Assembly: GCA_051294905.1 (NCBI GenBank)
Contig: CM119375.1
Span: forward strand, 11,966,001 to 12,030,000
Source: Botryllus schlosseri
Lineage: Eukaryota
DNA: 64,000 nt
Direction of reading: 5' to 3'
Shown here: positions 39,564 through 53,586 of the stretch, piece after piece
Layout of the letters: each line of letters opens with the position of its first letter
Position numbering within the stretch: the stretch's first letter is position 1
Made by a program: the position numbers and the translations under genes
Notes under the pieces: model-generated
Seen by the model: the letters and a program-made list of their open reading frames with translations, nothing else
What the model was told of the DNA's origin: nothing
Database searches by the model: none

Positions 39564-40819
39564 TGATATGCTCTACACAAAAAACGTTCCAAATATGGGT
39601 ACTGATAATAAACAATATCTATAATGCAGTTTTATTAATATTTACATCCGTTCAATACACGCAATTAACAAGGGGATACATGAGACAGGCCTACACATAC
39701 AACAAAACACACATCTTCGACCTACACGAGTATTGTTGCCATTGATGCCCGATATAATACCCTAGCCATAAGTATAAGCTTAAGGCAAAGTTAGGTCAAA
39801 GGAGAGTGGATGGCTGGTGGTAAATTTAAATATGCTAACACGTTACAAAAAAACTCCCCGTACGATGCTGCATTGCATCGTGATATACATCCATATAAAG
39901 CATTATGAGGAATCATAAAGGTAGGATTGGCATTAATCTCTCTTATTCCCTCTTGAAAGCATTCCACTTATGATTATTGCGCCAAAGATTCTCAGGTATA
40001 GCGCTAAAATTTATCTTCGAGTTCCACTGATCAACGAAAAATTATGTTTCTGAAGGGATGTCATCACAACAGCGGTGCTTTGATATAGGCTAGTCAATTG
40101 CTCAGTTGCAGCATTATGCTCAATTCAAGTTAAGTGCGTCTAGCATCCAATTTCAACAGTGATGTTTGGAATGTACAAAAGGAATATTCTATAGGCGTCT
40201 CGAACACTCGCCGACAGCCTCGGTTGATTTAAGGGCTACGTCGGCGAGTGACAAACACGACAGCCGCGCGACAAAAGGCGTGCAAACACGAATTGGCGTA
40301 ACGTGGGAGAAAATCAAGCGTAAGCTTTACACAAAGGGGTGTGTAAAGCTTTTAGCTGTCTACAAAATCGAAGATAAATTTGAGTCGGTTTTGTGTGATC
40401 AACGCAGATATGCCTTTTGTATATTCTGGCCACATCTTTCAACCAGAAACAAAAATGAACCTGGTATCAGTGACAGTGCGGGTAGCTACAGTTTCCTAAA
40501 TCTACTCTTTTTCAGACTAGACTACATAGGATGTGTCCGCAAATACTGTTTGCCGCGATCAACCTAAATCAGTTGCACTAAATCTCGCGACTCAAGCGTT
40601 TTGCGAGCATGCCATTTTGTTTTGAAGCCTAAACAATTAAATTGGCAGTTTCTAATCTTCCATAAGATAGCGCAAAACTATAGGCACATCGAACAGCATG
40701 TAAATCAAGGTCTGAACATTTAAACTCTGCTCAACTCTGACTGTCAGAGAGTATCCGCCTTTTTGCGACCTCATGAGCACGCGCTACTCGGATTGTATGT
40801 ATTTATCAGTGACGTGCGA

Positions 40820-41800
40820 TGAGGTTCATGGCAGTGATGAGCATCGGACGGACTCGGATTGGGTTAGGACCGGATATTTTTGATGCAGTCGGAACGGATT
40901 CGGATTCTAATATAGATTTTGTTTCGGATATTTTCGGATAGTTGTAACTTCTGCTTCGGATAGTTCTGACCAGACGTGATTTTTTATTTCAAGTCGACGA
41001 CCAAACACGGCCAGTAAACACGTTTTGATAGCACTGGTAGCACTCTAAAGTTGTTCTGTCAAGGGTCCAAGCAAATATGAATCAGCTAACCCTAACCTTA
41101 GCCTTTGCAAGGACCACTCTGCTCAGATATGTAATTAGGATTCTTCGGAATATGGTCATTTTAATCGAATTTCTCGGATTCTGGACGGCATTATTCGGAT
41201 TCGTGTGGATTTTTGGTTGAGATTGTTCGGATTCAGATGGATAGTTCCTCAGAAACTCGAGCTGTCGGACGCGTATTCGGATTCTCAGAAACCAATATCT
41301 CTGGTTCGTGGCCGGGGAGGCACTGAGGTCAGACCGACATTCCTTATAAGGATTTCTGATGCACCGACTTGTAGCACGACCCATTTTCGTTTTAGGCTTA
41401 TTTGCAAGACACCGCTTACGCGGATCATATGACGAAGAGGAGTCTAGCTAGAACTTGAAATGCTTGGATATAGTTCGAAACTCTCCGGCATTTTCTTTGC
41501 TGTCGGATCACCCATCATGATTATCTTTTTAACAAAATTGATGTACCAAAATCGGGTTCGATGCACGATGCATATAAAATGCATGGCTTTTATAAAATTT
41601 GCTCATGTTAAAATAGAGTGCTGGGTGTCAAAACTGCTCAAAACAGCGAGTGGTACAATAGCGAGCAAGTCAAAATGACCGGAGTTAACCTAATATTATA
41701 CAATTAACCCGAAAACAAACCGACCTGGTCCCTACCCAAACCTAAAACGTATACACGCTAACCCATATCCCCTATTTCTGATGCATCGGTGTTTTGAACG
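40820..41800. repeat. Fragments of CGGAT/TCGGA-rich MITE-like and AACCCT-rich (Helitron/Helentron-like) repeats
   Basis: Arrays of cggattcgg/ttcggata at 40845-40960 and 41140-41290. ctaaccctaacctta at 41087 and aacc-rich tracts at 41690-41770. Confidence 0.45.
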
Positions 41801-41909
41801 CCTGGCTATTTTCACGCTCCGCTACTGCGGTTGCGGATACATACAGGAATGTTTTACATGGTAATTTTATTTCACCAAACATGAATGGGAACGGTGTCAC
41901 GATTACAGA

Positions 41910-42492
41910 TAGGGTTGCATCTATAACAAAACAAAAAACAAATTTATAACAAACATGTCTAAAACATATGGCCCTACTCTAAAACATGTTTTATTGTGTT
42001 TTGTATGTCTTTTTATCCATGACGTCACGAATATTTAGTCGTGACTTCACAGCTGATTGTCATTGACAATTGAAAATATAGGGTAAATATCGCTTCTTTG
42101 ACTAAAAAGGCTTCCGACCACTGTCATAAACGGGCCAAAAGTATCCTTAACCAGGACTACATCGTTATGCAGCATTTTACGGTCGAGGGTCATTATCATC
42201 AGAACATATATTCCGTACCAATGGTCTATAGCTGTGCTATAACTGTTGAACCGACGACGATTTCGAGGTTCCAATGATTCCATATCTTGCACTTCGAGTC
42301 GTAGACTATATATCGTGTGCAAATCGTCCGTAGGCTCATACCACATATTTTGTCGAATCTATATTCACAAAATTATGGCACAATACACAACGTTTGAAAA
42401 AAAAAACGTTTTTACGTCATTTTTTAAAACACTGTTTAAAAGAGTTTTAAACCAAGTGTTCTAAATAACCATTTGATTAAAACGCAACCCTA
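41910..42492 (+). mobile_element. MITE family A, full-length copy (583 bp) about 400 bp upstream of the JIP ATG
   Basis: TIRs tagggttgc / gcaacccta. Flanks attacaga/gttacaaa match 6/8. Confidence 0.85.
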
Positions 42493-42888
42493 GTTACAAA
42501 TCAGTCGAGTGATATTTTGATATAAATATTTTGGTATTGGGACATCTTGGTACTCCACCTGCAAACAAGTGCTGCTCATCGATGTATGCAGTATTCACAA
42601 TGAAGAATTAGACAATAGAAATGGCCGGTGCAGTCACGACACCGTGCTCTTGTGGGTTGAATTTGAATTGCATCATTTCGTATGGTGGCGCTTTGCCGAG
42701 TTACTAAGACAACCACACCCAAATGGCCGTAAGGGGATGCATTATTGATTCGTATTGATCCTGAATGCTCGCCGAACGTTATGTCATTCCATACTAACGC
42801 AACGAGACGCGCGTTCGTCGATAAACAGAAAGTCAGAGCGAGATAGCTTTGAGACCGAATTCACATCGACTCCATTCACATTTTGGGA

Positions 42889-45800
42889 ATGGCGCATTCA
42901 ACTTCAACAAACGAGTCATCCGATTCAGAAGAGGAGTTTTCATGCAGAGACGTTTATTGGTGATAAAGCCTAGCGATTACCTCAGTAATTCTGTAGAATC
43001 GATGCGTCATTATTGTTTTACCTTCCAGCGAATCGCCAGACTTTTTACTTGACGAATACAATGATGAGGATCTGAGCGAAATTGCGGAGGAGAAGTCCCT
43101 GAAATACAGCCTCGTAAACGGCAGATATAAGGTCCGTATTATGCAGAGTGCAAGATTGCGTTATCGGGCCTCGTGAGTTTTGTCGCGGGGATTCACCGGG
43201 ATATTGTGATGCTACAGAAACAGAAAGTGAAGCTGTCGTCCAGCGAAATTTCTGCACACATGAAGAAAATATCACCGGAAATGATACAGCTGGACTTTAC
43301 GGAAGAATTCGTCGCGGAACAGGAGACAGGGATCGAAGAGAAGTAAGTTACGGATGTTATATTTCGTTAGTAAATACATTTCCTTTTGCAATTCGATTAG
43401 AAATTAAAATCTAATCAATCATTCTGCGAACTGCCATATAGGACGAATCTGGCACGGTTCAGCAAGCGGATATATTGCCTACAATGACATCGCGGTTGGT
43501 TGATTGGTGACCTTTGTTTGACTAAGCGGTTAATATTGCGAAAAATTTATACATCTGTTATTCAGTCTTGACTCGACAACTCTGTATTTGAAAACATATC
43601 AGTCACTGGTTTCTGATTTTTAGAGTTTGATTTGAGACAATCGCACTATCGCCTCAGCCAACGCAGTTTACACGTTTTGCGTGCTCGTGCTCATGCGATC
43701 ATACGAAATTCTGGTTTTTCAATGTTCAGAGTTCACAGATACGTATCGCAATAGGCCACCGGGAGTTTGACTGTAATAAATATGCACAATAGTCTTTATG
43801 CAATGTAATGGAATGTATACAATGAAATATGAAAAAACAAGCCTGTGACCTGAGACAGAGCAATCTGAAGAATCTGCTCGTAAAGGTGTTGTTTTTCTCG
43901 CTGATCGGTTTCATAACGTCGATCACGATGTCACTGGTAATATGGTATAGTATTTACATGTAGGCTCTAATTGTATGCATCATGCAGTAGCCTACCATAT
44001 TCTTTATTGTGAAATCAGAATTTTAATATACGGGATGTTAAATACAGGCCGACGATCGGGTGCTACTATAACGCCAGCATTCGCACTACAATATTGACCA
44101 CAACGCTTTTACTAACTGATGTACCGTTTCAGTTCCGAAAAGGGGCCTTCACGTCCGCGAACGCTGAACCTATTCTCGCAAAATTACAAAAAAGGCGAAG
44201 AAAATAATGGAAGTTTTCATGACTGCCTTCCAGCGAAGGGTGAGAGATTTCAAGAGTGATGATGTTAAGCGTTAGCGGAAGAGTGTTGCGAATCAAGAAT
44301 CGACAAAGGAATGTGATATGTATAGCGCGCTGGGAGGTGATATTCTAACCTCGCATGAATAATTGAAGAGATCACAAGATGCAAACGATGTATTCCCAGC
44401 AAACGGAGATCTCGTTATTCGTTTCTTGCGAATACATTCATGTAGCACGAATTGAAACAACCCGATCTACGCCATGATCAATGTTAGTTTGAAATTCGGC
44501 TCCTAACCTATAATGGGAGAAGTCAATCGAAATGGTATTGTAGACATCAACAATGATTTAGTGTGAAAATCGTATGGAAAATTTCTCTAAGTATTGGTTC
44601 TTGACATATTTCCCTAATACGGTATACGTCACGAATCCCCTACATTCGAAGATAGGTGACATTGGAAGGGACTGTGAATAGTGATATGTATAATCTATGT
44701 AGGTCACCGAAAGAAACCTATAAGAAGATCGTCGGAGGGACAAAGCGAGGTAAGCCCTGAGCCCTGAAATTCTATATTACTGACGTAACCTATAATCATG
44801 TAATCATATTTGAGTTGTGTCAGGAGTGGGATTTTTTCGTGATAGATCATCCAACTTGTGTAGGCCTACAGCAAGTGAGGATAATTGGTCAAACTACGCC
44901 TTATTAGATTTACGGCGACATCCAATGTCTGTACTGTAGGGATGGTGTGAACCTCATGACGTCACGTGACGTCATATTGGTACTTCCAATCCTACATTTT
45001 AGTGAAGTGATAGCCAATATTAATGTACACGAGACCTGGCAACGACTCGGGCCACATAATGCCACAATGCTGAAGTACATATTGACGTTTTAAACGTAGC
45101 CAAATGTATCATCTGGGGCAATCAAATGATATCATAATCCCATAAAATCAATATCGTCCCGTCGCTTTGCCAACAATTTCGACGAGGACCTGCAAGGGAA
45201 TATAAGCTTGCGCCGGACTAGGCCAGACCGTATAATGTATTCGGTGTCTGAGTATTGCTGCGCTGATATTGAGTAGAGTGTAAAACGGGTTTCTATACTT
45301 GCTACCAATGTTACCCCATACAGCAGTAGCCAACACCTCAATCGCACGGATTTGGTTTTTATGATACAATGAACATATATGTAATCAAGATTGACCCCGT
45401 ACGCTTGCTAGATTTTTTTTACATCAGACAACAATATCAATTTCATCGATTGCTTGAATGAGCATCTATCGGTGACTATTATATACATACAGTGTATTTC
45501 GCTCTTGATGTTGTGTGATTGCGGGTCAAGCTCACAGCACAGAGTCACTAAATATTCACAAACGGAAAGCTGGATATTTCGAGCAAACCTTTGTAACAAA
45601 ACAAGTAACATTTTTGTGATTATCAAGGTGCATGCTCGTTTAGTGTTGATATTTTTATGCTGCCAGCGCCATGCATAGAGTGGCCTGCAGTTGAAATGCA
45701 ATAAATTTCAACCAACGTTGTTATCATGAAGTGAAATTGTAATATATGAAAAAGGTTCACGGTGCAGAACCGACCAGGGTTCATTTGTGAACGTGGACAT

Positions 45801-48800
45801 CTAAATTTCTGAGGTTCAGACACTGAACGCGAACGTTAACCGCACATTCACACCATCCCTAAGTTTTCCAATGTCACCATACTATCAAATTTTAGCCAAG
45901 GTGCATTCGTCTAATTTGTTATAATTCTCTTTTTTCCTCTTATAGAATATCCCAAGGTCCGAAGACGTCAGCTCGAAAACATCTAGATCCAAAAGGAAGT
46001 TAGTTCATAATATAACTCGAGTTGATTGCAGGTGTTAAGATACATCCTTGTCTTTATGTCAGAGACAGGCCCAAGTATACTTACGAAGAAAAAATTGACA
46101 AAATCGACCAGTTTCTTACCAGGAGTGCGTCCGAATGGTGTAAGTGTGCTATAGTGCTATATTTTCCCAACGCAGAGTGCTGCAACACTATCATTTCATA
46201 CATACATAGGCGTAACTTATCCACATGCCGATGCAGTACTTATAAATTTCACGGTATGCATCCATACGGTGACTATTAAAGAAACCATATGTAGTCAGTA
46301 AAGGTGACTGGTACATAAATACTTCTACTTTTCCGTTTTGCCTACTTGCACTACTTACTCAAGTGGTTATGATTGTATACGACTTCTACTTCTACTTAAC
46401 AGTTTTCCTTTTTTCTGCAAAACTAGGCCTAAAATACTTACTTTTCTACCTACTTGGAAAACGATATTTCTGCTTGTACTCTTCTTGAGTATAAAATCAA
46501 CGATGGCCACTTTGACCCCGTCTGATATAATCAGTGCCTTATATCACGGTCACACACTCTAAATAACACTATGATACAACACAGCAAATTAGAAGCAGAA
46601 ATGTATGTCGTGATAAGAGGCCTTTGAACATTGTTTGCACCTTGAAGCAAAATTTGGTTACTCATGGCCCTCTTCAGTGGTCTAGGCCATAAGCCTTACA
46701 GTAGGTAGATACAGTCTTAGCCTACGTATTAAATAGTGATCGACGGTCTAAAACACAGGCGAGACCGGGTTTCATTCCTGTCCCTTACGATAACCTTTCC
46801 ATTCCGAGGGAACAATTAAGTATATCTGGCTAAATTGGCTGTGAGACATTAAGCTTAGACCTGACGTGACATGGACGTTATTTATGCCTGATATGTAACG
46901 GGCATATATGCTCGGGCGATGAGAACAAGTGCTTCTCATTATTGAATTACAGCAATTGACGATCCTCAAAGTGTCGAATATTGTTATTTGGACGGGGAAA
47001 TGAAGAAGCAAACTCATGTTTCTACTTTTAAATTCGTGCCTCGGCATTCCGACGAATTATACCTTGACGTGAGTAGCACAGCCGTTGATCCATATATTTA
47101 CAATTTCGTTGACTCGTTTCCTTCGAATTCACGTTGAAGATTTATGACCCTATTCATGTCGAAGCTCAACACGACGATCTGTGGTACGAAGGGCTGAACA
47201 TGCGGACAGGAGAGAAAGGCATATTTCCATGCTACTACGGGCAGAGCGTATCAAATTACCTGGAGGAGTTCACTTGTAAGTCAGAGGAATTTCCTAGCAA
47301 TTACTGTCTCTGACTAATGATAACGCGCTGTCCTTATTAAAGCTTTCGAAGACACGGATTCAGAAAAGTTTTTCTTGTATTTCATTGGTTCTGTGGAAGT
47401 ACCATGTCACAAAGGACACGATGTCCTATGTCAAGCCATGTACAAGGTAAGAATACAGACATTGTTGATACAGTACTTTAATACTAGTAGCGGATGTGGT
47501 ATAAGTAGTCAACATTGCTGCTCAAATAGAATTAAAAGTAATACCATTTTCTCTAAAGTACAAGTAGAACTACATATTTCTAAGACATGTAAAAACTACT
47601 TTAAATAGTATAAAATTACTGCTTGTAAAGTACTGAAGTAAATAGGTTTCAAAAGTAGATTTGGTCAGAATGTCGCGTGCTTTTTAGCGGTACATCAGAT
47701 ATCGGCTATTTTCGAAATTATACAAGACCCATCTATACCAGTGTTGTGATCAAGTCACAACCTTCGAGTCACAAGTCATCTCGAGTCATTGCAAATTCTG
47801 ACTCGAGTCAAGTCAAGTCGACCACGCTTACAAATAGAGCAATTTTTGTAAATATATTATTATATTATACTCATAATAGATCGTATATTTCGACAATTTG
47901 ATATGATCATTTCACTCATAAAATTGATACAAACCAATCCCAGAACTACTTTCTACTTTACAAAAGCCAAAGTGTAAATGTAAGCAGTTTTGCGTGAAAA
48001 ACTGTTAAGTAGAAGTGAAAGCAGTCTGCAAACATACCCAATCGAGGAAGTAATGCAAGTAGAAAGATCGGACTTTATCAGTCCGACAAGGTAGAGGTAG
48101 GCCTACTTCTTTATTGGCCGCATCTGATTAATAATACGATGACTGGCAGCGTTGGGATTACAACCGCTATGTCGTATACGTAATAAGCATTTGCATGACA
48201 GGTTGCCGAAGTCCGACGCCAGACAATTGATTGCAGTCCACCGGCTTACGTTTGCCTCATGATCGGAGCGAGGGGAGTGAAAATGATAGATCAATCGGCT
48301 TTGAAGCATTACAAGTGTCGAAAATCATCGGAGAGCCGTTTCAGCTCGAGTTACAAGGTAACTGAATCAGCCGCGTCCCAACTCCGCGGTAACTCCTGGT
48401 ATCGGGATATTAGGACGTGAAAATGTAGCCTACTGATGACCACGGTTGTTCTGGACCTGTATCTAATGGGTTTCGTAAAAATAGCCCTATGAAACAGTCT
48501 ATCCTACAGTGGTGATCAAAGTGGTCACAAGTAACGCTGTAAATTTATATTAAATTATAAGTAGAAGCAATTCCAAACAGAAGATTCGGTCGAAACGTCC
48601 AGATATATCTAGACATCCCTGGAGACGTCGTATACTTTCAGAGCCGATCCAATGTGGCTAATTTCAAAATTTCAGGATGCATCTTCATGACTAGCATAAT
48701 AAATGATTGATGCCACGAAAAATAATTTTCAAAGATATATTCAGTCCCGGGGGCTATTTTACTAAGTCGCTATGACAATTTCCCTCAAAAACATGTTGGA

Positions 48801-49313
48801 AACTTCCCAAAACTACGATCTACCTTACAACAATAAGTGTGTATTGATTTGCCAAATAAGTGAAAGTATAGTCAATAAACATAACCACTTGAGTAAATAG
48901 GCCTAGTGAACATGTACGTACGCAAAAGCTACTTGAGTACTCCGAAAAAGTAGTAGTACTTCGTTACTAACCACCTCTGGAAACAGTCTATCCTATCTTG
49001 TAGTATGCCACTCCGTCTCGCACCACATAATTGTCCAATCAGAATTGTGGCAATGTATCCGTTTCGACAGGTAAAACGACGAACGCATTTTTTCCACATG
49101 AAAAACATATCCTTCTGCGGCCATCATCCTCGCGACGAAAAGTATTTCGGGTTTATCACTCGACATCCAACTCAATATCGATTCGCCTGTCACACATTCG
49201 TCTGCGAAAGTTCCACACGCGACGTCATCGATTGTTTCGGTTCCGCTTTCTCGCGATATTTCCAGGACTACATGGAGTTTGTGCAGCCGGCTGCAGATAT
49301 TTATTTGGAATAG
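42889..49313 (+). CDS. MAPK8IP1: JNK-interacting protein 1/2 (JIP/IB1) scaffold, 12 exons, 445 aa
   Basis: Exons 42889-42959, 43029-43131, 43218-43342, 44133-44239, 44703-44749, 45946-45998, 46063-46139, 46953-47068, 47140-47275, 47343-47446, 48202-48357, 49071-49313 total 1338 nt, all phases consistent. Motifs: LDEYNDEDLSEIAEE (JIP acidic N-terminus), KGPSRPRTLNLF (JNK docking), SH3 (QTHVSTFKFVPRHSDELYLD..LWYEGLNMRTGEKGIFP), PTB (FIGSVEVPCHKGHDVLCQAM..KNISFCGHHP..YFGFITRHP), C-terminal ADIYLE*. It is probably a co-orthologue of MAPK8IP1/2. Confidence 0.93.
44937..45861. mobile_element. hAT-type MITE family E (TIR TAGGGATGGTGTGAA) in JIP intron 5
   Basis: tagggatggtgtgaac at 44937 and ttcacaccatcccta ending 45861. 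It is an inverted homologue of 53785-54617. Confidence 0.85.
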
Positions 49314-50692
49314 AGTTTGGGGCAATCCCAGTGAAGCTCGATTCCAGGATCGGGAATGGGTGTAATGCGTATATAAAAATTATTTTTGTAGTATTCTCTT
49401 CACGACGAGTAGGCTTATGACGCCGTTCTGGAAACGCATCATAGATTTGTATTACGTAGTAGCATTGGAAATCAAGGCAAATAAAACGGTATTGAAAACT
49501 TGTATTTCCGAGACTACTGCAACGAATACATAACAGAAACCACGGATGACGTAGGCTTATCTACCAAAGCCGTTGACATGAAAAAATGTCTATGTTCATG
49601 TTCATACTCTCCATTACAAAGGTTCTTCTATATTCATGTTATGATTTGCACAGTTCACGTACACTCGTACCACCTCATCCGATCATTCTATTATAGAGGC
49701 CTTATATCATATGACCACGAAGTGAAATATCAAATACGTTACACTCAGATTGCAAATTCAACATCAACTTCGGGGGTGGCCAACTGCGGCCGCAGAAGGA
49801 AATTCTTGCGGCCGTTGACACGCAATTCAATTAGTAACTGATGGTGGTTGTTGACATGCAATTTGAATTTACGAATTGACTGCCGAATTTTTCACAGATT
49901 TTAATCAATCATTGAAATTTTCTTCCCGCTGCGCGCGGTTCAATCTGACTTCATTTTTCGATTTTAATATAGTTGCTCCCTTTGCAATCTGAATCCCACA
50001 GTACAGATGCGAACAGTAGAAGAAAAGGATGCGTCTCATATAGAAATACCAACTCGGAATCATGTGCTCTTCACTATACCGACAATCCTGATGGGGGGGG
50101 GGGGTCAAGAAATAACAACATGTAACAGAGTAACTACCGGTTATAACAATTAGCCCACCCGAAGAGTCGAGTCATTTCCGTATTCTGATAAAATGACTCG
50201 AGTCAAGTCGAGTCGTCAGAAAATCGTGACTCGAGTCATTACAACCCTGCTGGTGACCCAAGTTCAAGTTCATCTCTCAATTTCTCCCAAGATATATGTC
50301 GTAGCGGGCTGCTTTTGGTTTCTATGGAAAGCCAGCTATCTTCTAATTTATATGATACCTAATTTGAAGGTATAAGGCATGACAATTTTCGAGTACCGAC
50401 GATCTTACATGAGGAGTTTGGCCGAAAATACGCATGCCGAAAAAAGTAGAATTGTACCTTTATAGATAACTAACCCACGGATAGATGTGCAGTGCAACAC
50501 GTGATTCACGGTCGAGTGATGCTACAGTCGACAGTTCATAGCATGAAACGGCAACGTAATTGCTAATCCCATAGATGACGACCCGAGCGCTCAAATGAAA
50601 GAAAGTTGATCTTAATTTGAAAGCTACAGATGCGCTGATTCTGATAATATACATTAAATTTTCATCCAGGCAACGAAACCACCCCGAATTAG

Positions 50693-50814
50693 CCTTCAAA
50701 GTATAAAAATCGGCATTGTTCTAAACAGTCACAACGACGAGGCACAATGACCATAGCAACGGTCCTTGCGCGGTTGCGATTGTTCAGAACAATGCCGATT
50801 TTCAGACTTTAAGG
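50693..50814. repeat. Small (~120 bp) hairpin/MITE
   Basis: ccttcaaagtataaaaatcggcattgttctaaaca pairs with tgttcagaacaatgccgattttcagactttaagg. Confidence 0.7.
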
Positions 50815-51772
50815 GGTATTTCGCAGAGGTGGTCAAAGTAGCCAAGAAAGCTACTCAAGTAGAAGTAGAAGTAGCGACGAAAAAACCTACTCAAGTACGA
50901 GTAGAAGTACTTTTTCAACAAGCCGCCAAAAACTACTTGAAGTAGGAGTAGAATTGACTGACTTTAAAACCCAAGTAAGTAAGTAGTTTTGAAAACAGTC
51001 TTAATTTGTTCGCATGGACTGTCAAAAACTGCGAATTGAGCTATGCGGGAGGTGCAAAGAGCTTGATTCGTATTGATGCATCCCAGGAGGTATCAATTTT
51101 CGACAGAATAAGCATTCTTCCGCATCATGGGATGCCAATTATAGTATTGATATGAAAATGCGATACTAAACCATTGTTTACTAGAAGACCCCGTTTTAGA
51201 GAATATCATGGCATGGCGCCCTACCCCATATTATAAGGCCCCAAGTTTAGGCGAAGAGCAGTTGAGTTGTAGCAGTTGAGAACAGCAACGTTGAAGTTGT
51301 ATCGGATACGGTTTCATCACTTTGCGCGATTAGTATACATTGATAACAAATAGTGTGGATCGTAAAAGTTATATTTAGTGTAGCTTTATTTTCGGAAAAT
51401 AGAGGCATTACTACACTTGCTTTTATGCTTCAACATGTATGCTCTGCTGACAAAAGAACCGAAAGTAATTAGAACTGAAAGTTTGATGCTCGCAATTGAA
51501 AGTGAAATACAAAACCACTTTTAAAAAGCGGAAAATATATTTCATGTTATTTGTCCATAAAGCTTTAAGGGTGATCTGCTAAACAGGTGTAACGTTCAAA
51601 AGGCTGGATTTTCTAGATTAGAAAGGCACGAAATGGGCTTCTAGATTACGATATGATAGGTAATTGCTAGATTGCAAAACGGTAGTTTCAAACGTTATGG
51701 TGGCATTGGTGGGCCATATACCTAAACTATATTCTCTGATACTTTCGTGAAAACATATTTGTCACTCCATAA

Positions 51773-52780
51773 CAGGGGTCACCAACCCGGTGCCCGCGGG
51801 CACCAGATAGCCCGCGAGGACTAGATGAGTAGCCCCCGAGCCCATTCTAAAAATAGGTGGAATAGCAGCATTTACCAATATTCGTCAGATTATTACCAGT
51901 GAGCTTTTAGATATATAGATTGATTGATTCAGCTATTCTTGTTTAAAACACACTAACATGTAACTTACATATATAAACACCTAAAAATATCTTCACCAGA
52001 AATTCAAGATACGGCGCATTGCCTATACAGGCGACATGACGGAATGCCGTTCACGGGCTTCTTGAAATGGTGGGGGGTTCCGTTACGATAGCTCGACGAC
52101 CAGGACAATGCCAAAGTAGTAAACAATATTACTATTCGGAGTCAGATAGCCGTGAAGTATACTAGCAGATTTTCAATATCCGTATACCGATTACGTATTG
52201 CATCTTTTGGCACAGCTTGTTTCTGTTACACTCAACGCAGTTTAATATACCATGTTTCTAACTTTCTGCTGTCCGTTATAATGAAATCTTGTCATTTCTG
52301 GATGCTGAACAGTTGGAGATTGAAATTGTAACACTGCAAAATGACCCCCACCTCAGTCTGCAGCAAACGTTTGGTGCATTGTTGATACGGAAAAGTACAG
52401 TGGTGTATGCGCAGCAGCTATGAAGGTTGCAAGCGTCTATGGTTCAACTTATCGTTGTGAATAAGCCTTTTTGGACGAGAACTTCATCAAAAACAAACAC
52501 AAAACATGCTTAATTAATGCACATCTGGAACACTCACTCAGAATTGCATTGTCAAGTTGAATACCAGAGTACAGCGCACTATAGTTGATATCATACAATG
52601 CCAGGCTTCCCACTGACTGCTATAGAAACAGATAACATTATGTCCAGTCATGCCCAGTGCTATGAATATGAAAGCGGAAATTCAGTGTAGTACGGATAAA
52701 CGGCGGGAGTAAATAGTAGCCCGCCGCTTCAATCATTACGCAAAAGTAGCCCTCGGTTGCAAAAAGGTTGGTGACCCCTG
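51773..52780. mobile_element. hAT-type MITE (TIR CAGGGGTCACCAACC) nested in the left foldback arm
   Basis: caggggtcaccaacc / ggttggtgacccctg. Exact 8-bp TSD ctccataa (51765-72, 52781-88). Confidence 0.92.
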
Positions 52781-53586
52781 CTCCATAACTACTGTGCGCG
52801 AAGCGCAACAAAATTTCTGGGCTTTACTTGACTTTCATGAATATTAAATGTTGGTACTCCTTGAAATTAACAGCCCCGAAATTCCTCAGGCAATCTTTCG
52901 TATTGGGGGATGAAACTACTTCTACTTGACAAACAGAAAATAGCGAAAAGTAAGTAAGTAGATCACAAAATATTATGAAGTAGAAGTAGAGAAAATCAGA
53001 TCTACTTGACTAAGTACCATAAGTAGAGGAAAAACACTTGAGTACTTCCAAAAAGTAGAAGTAGACTTTTTCGAAGTACTCAAGTAGTTTTTCTCTACTT
53101 CCAATCAGGAAGATAACCTGAGGAATTTCGGGGCTGTTTTCACGAAGTATCAACATTTAATTTTCATAGAAGTTGAGTAAAGCCCAGAATTTTCGTCGCG
53201 CTTCGCGTGCAGTGGATACGGAGTAACCAGTATGATTTCACGAAAGTATCGGTGAATATAATTTAGGTAGCGGGTGGGCGTGGTTCCCTTCACACCGCAT
53301 TGTCGCCCTTCACCCATATGAAACAATTCATCACAGTATATATGGCTCAGAATAACGTTTGAAACTGATGTTTCGCAATCTAGCATTTACTTGTCACATT
53401 GTAATGGTAATCTAGCATGTCCATATATGGCGTGTCCTTATCTGAAAAATGGACTATGACTTTTTTTTTAAGTTTTAAAGCTGTTTTAGCATACCACCTT
53501 TGAAACTTTCTGGACTAAAGACATGAAATACATGTGCCGCTTTTAAAAGTAGTATTTATATTTCACTTTCAATTCCCAGTATCATA

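Noticed and set aside
40166-40567. 133-aa plus ORF with a small internal palindrome (aagctttacaca..tgtgtaaagctt)
   Set aside because: No family motif, TTG start and no splice partners. It lies in the divergent intergenic region.
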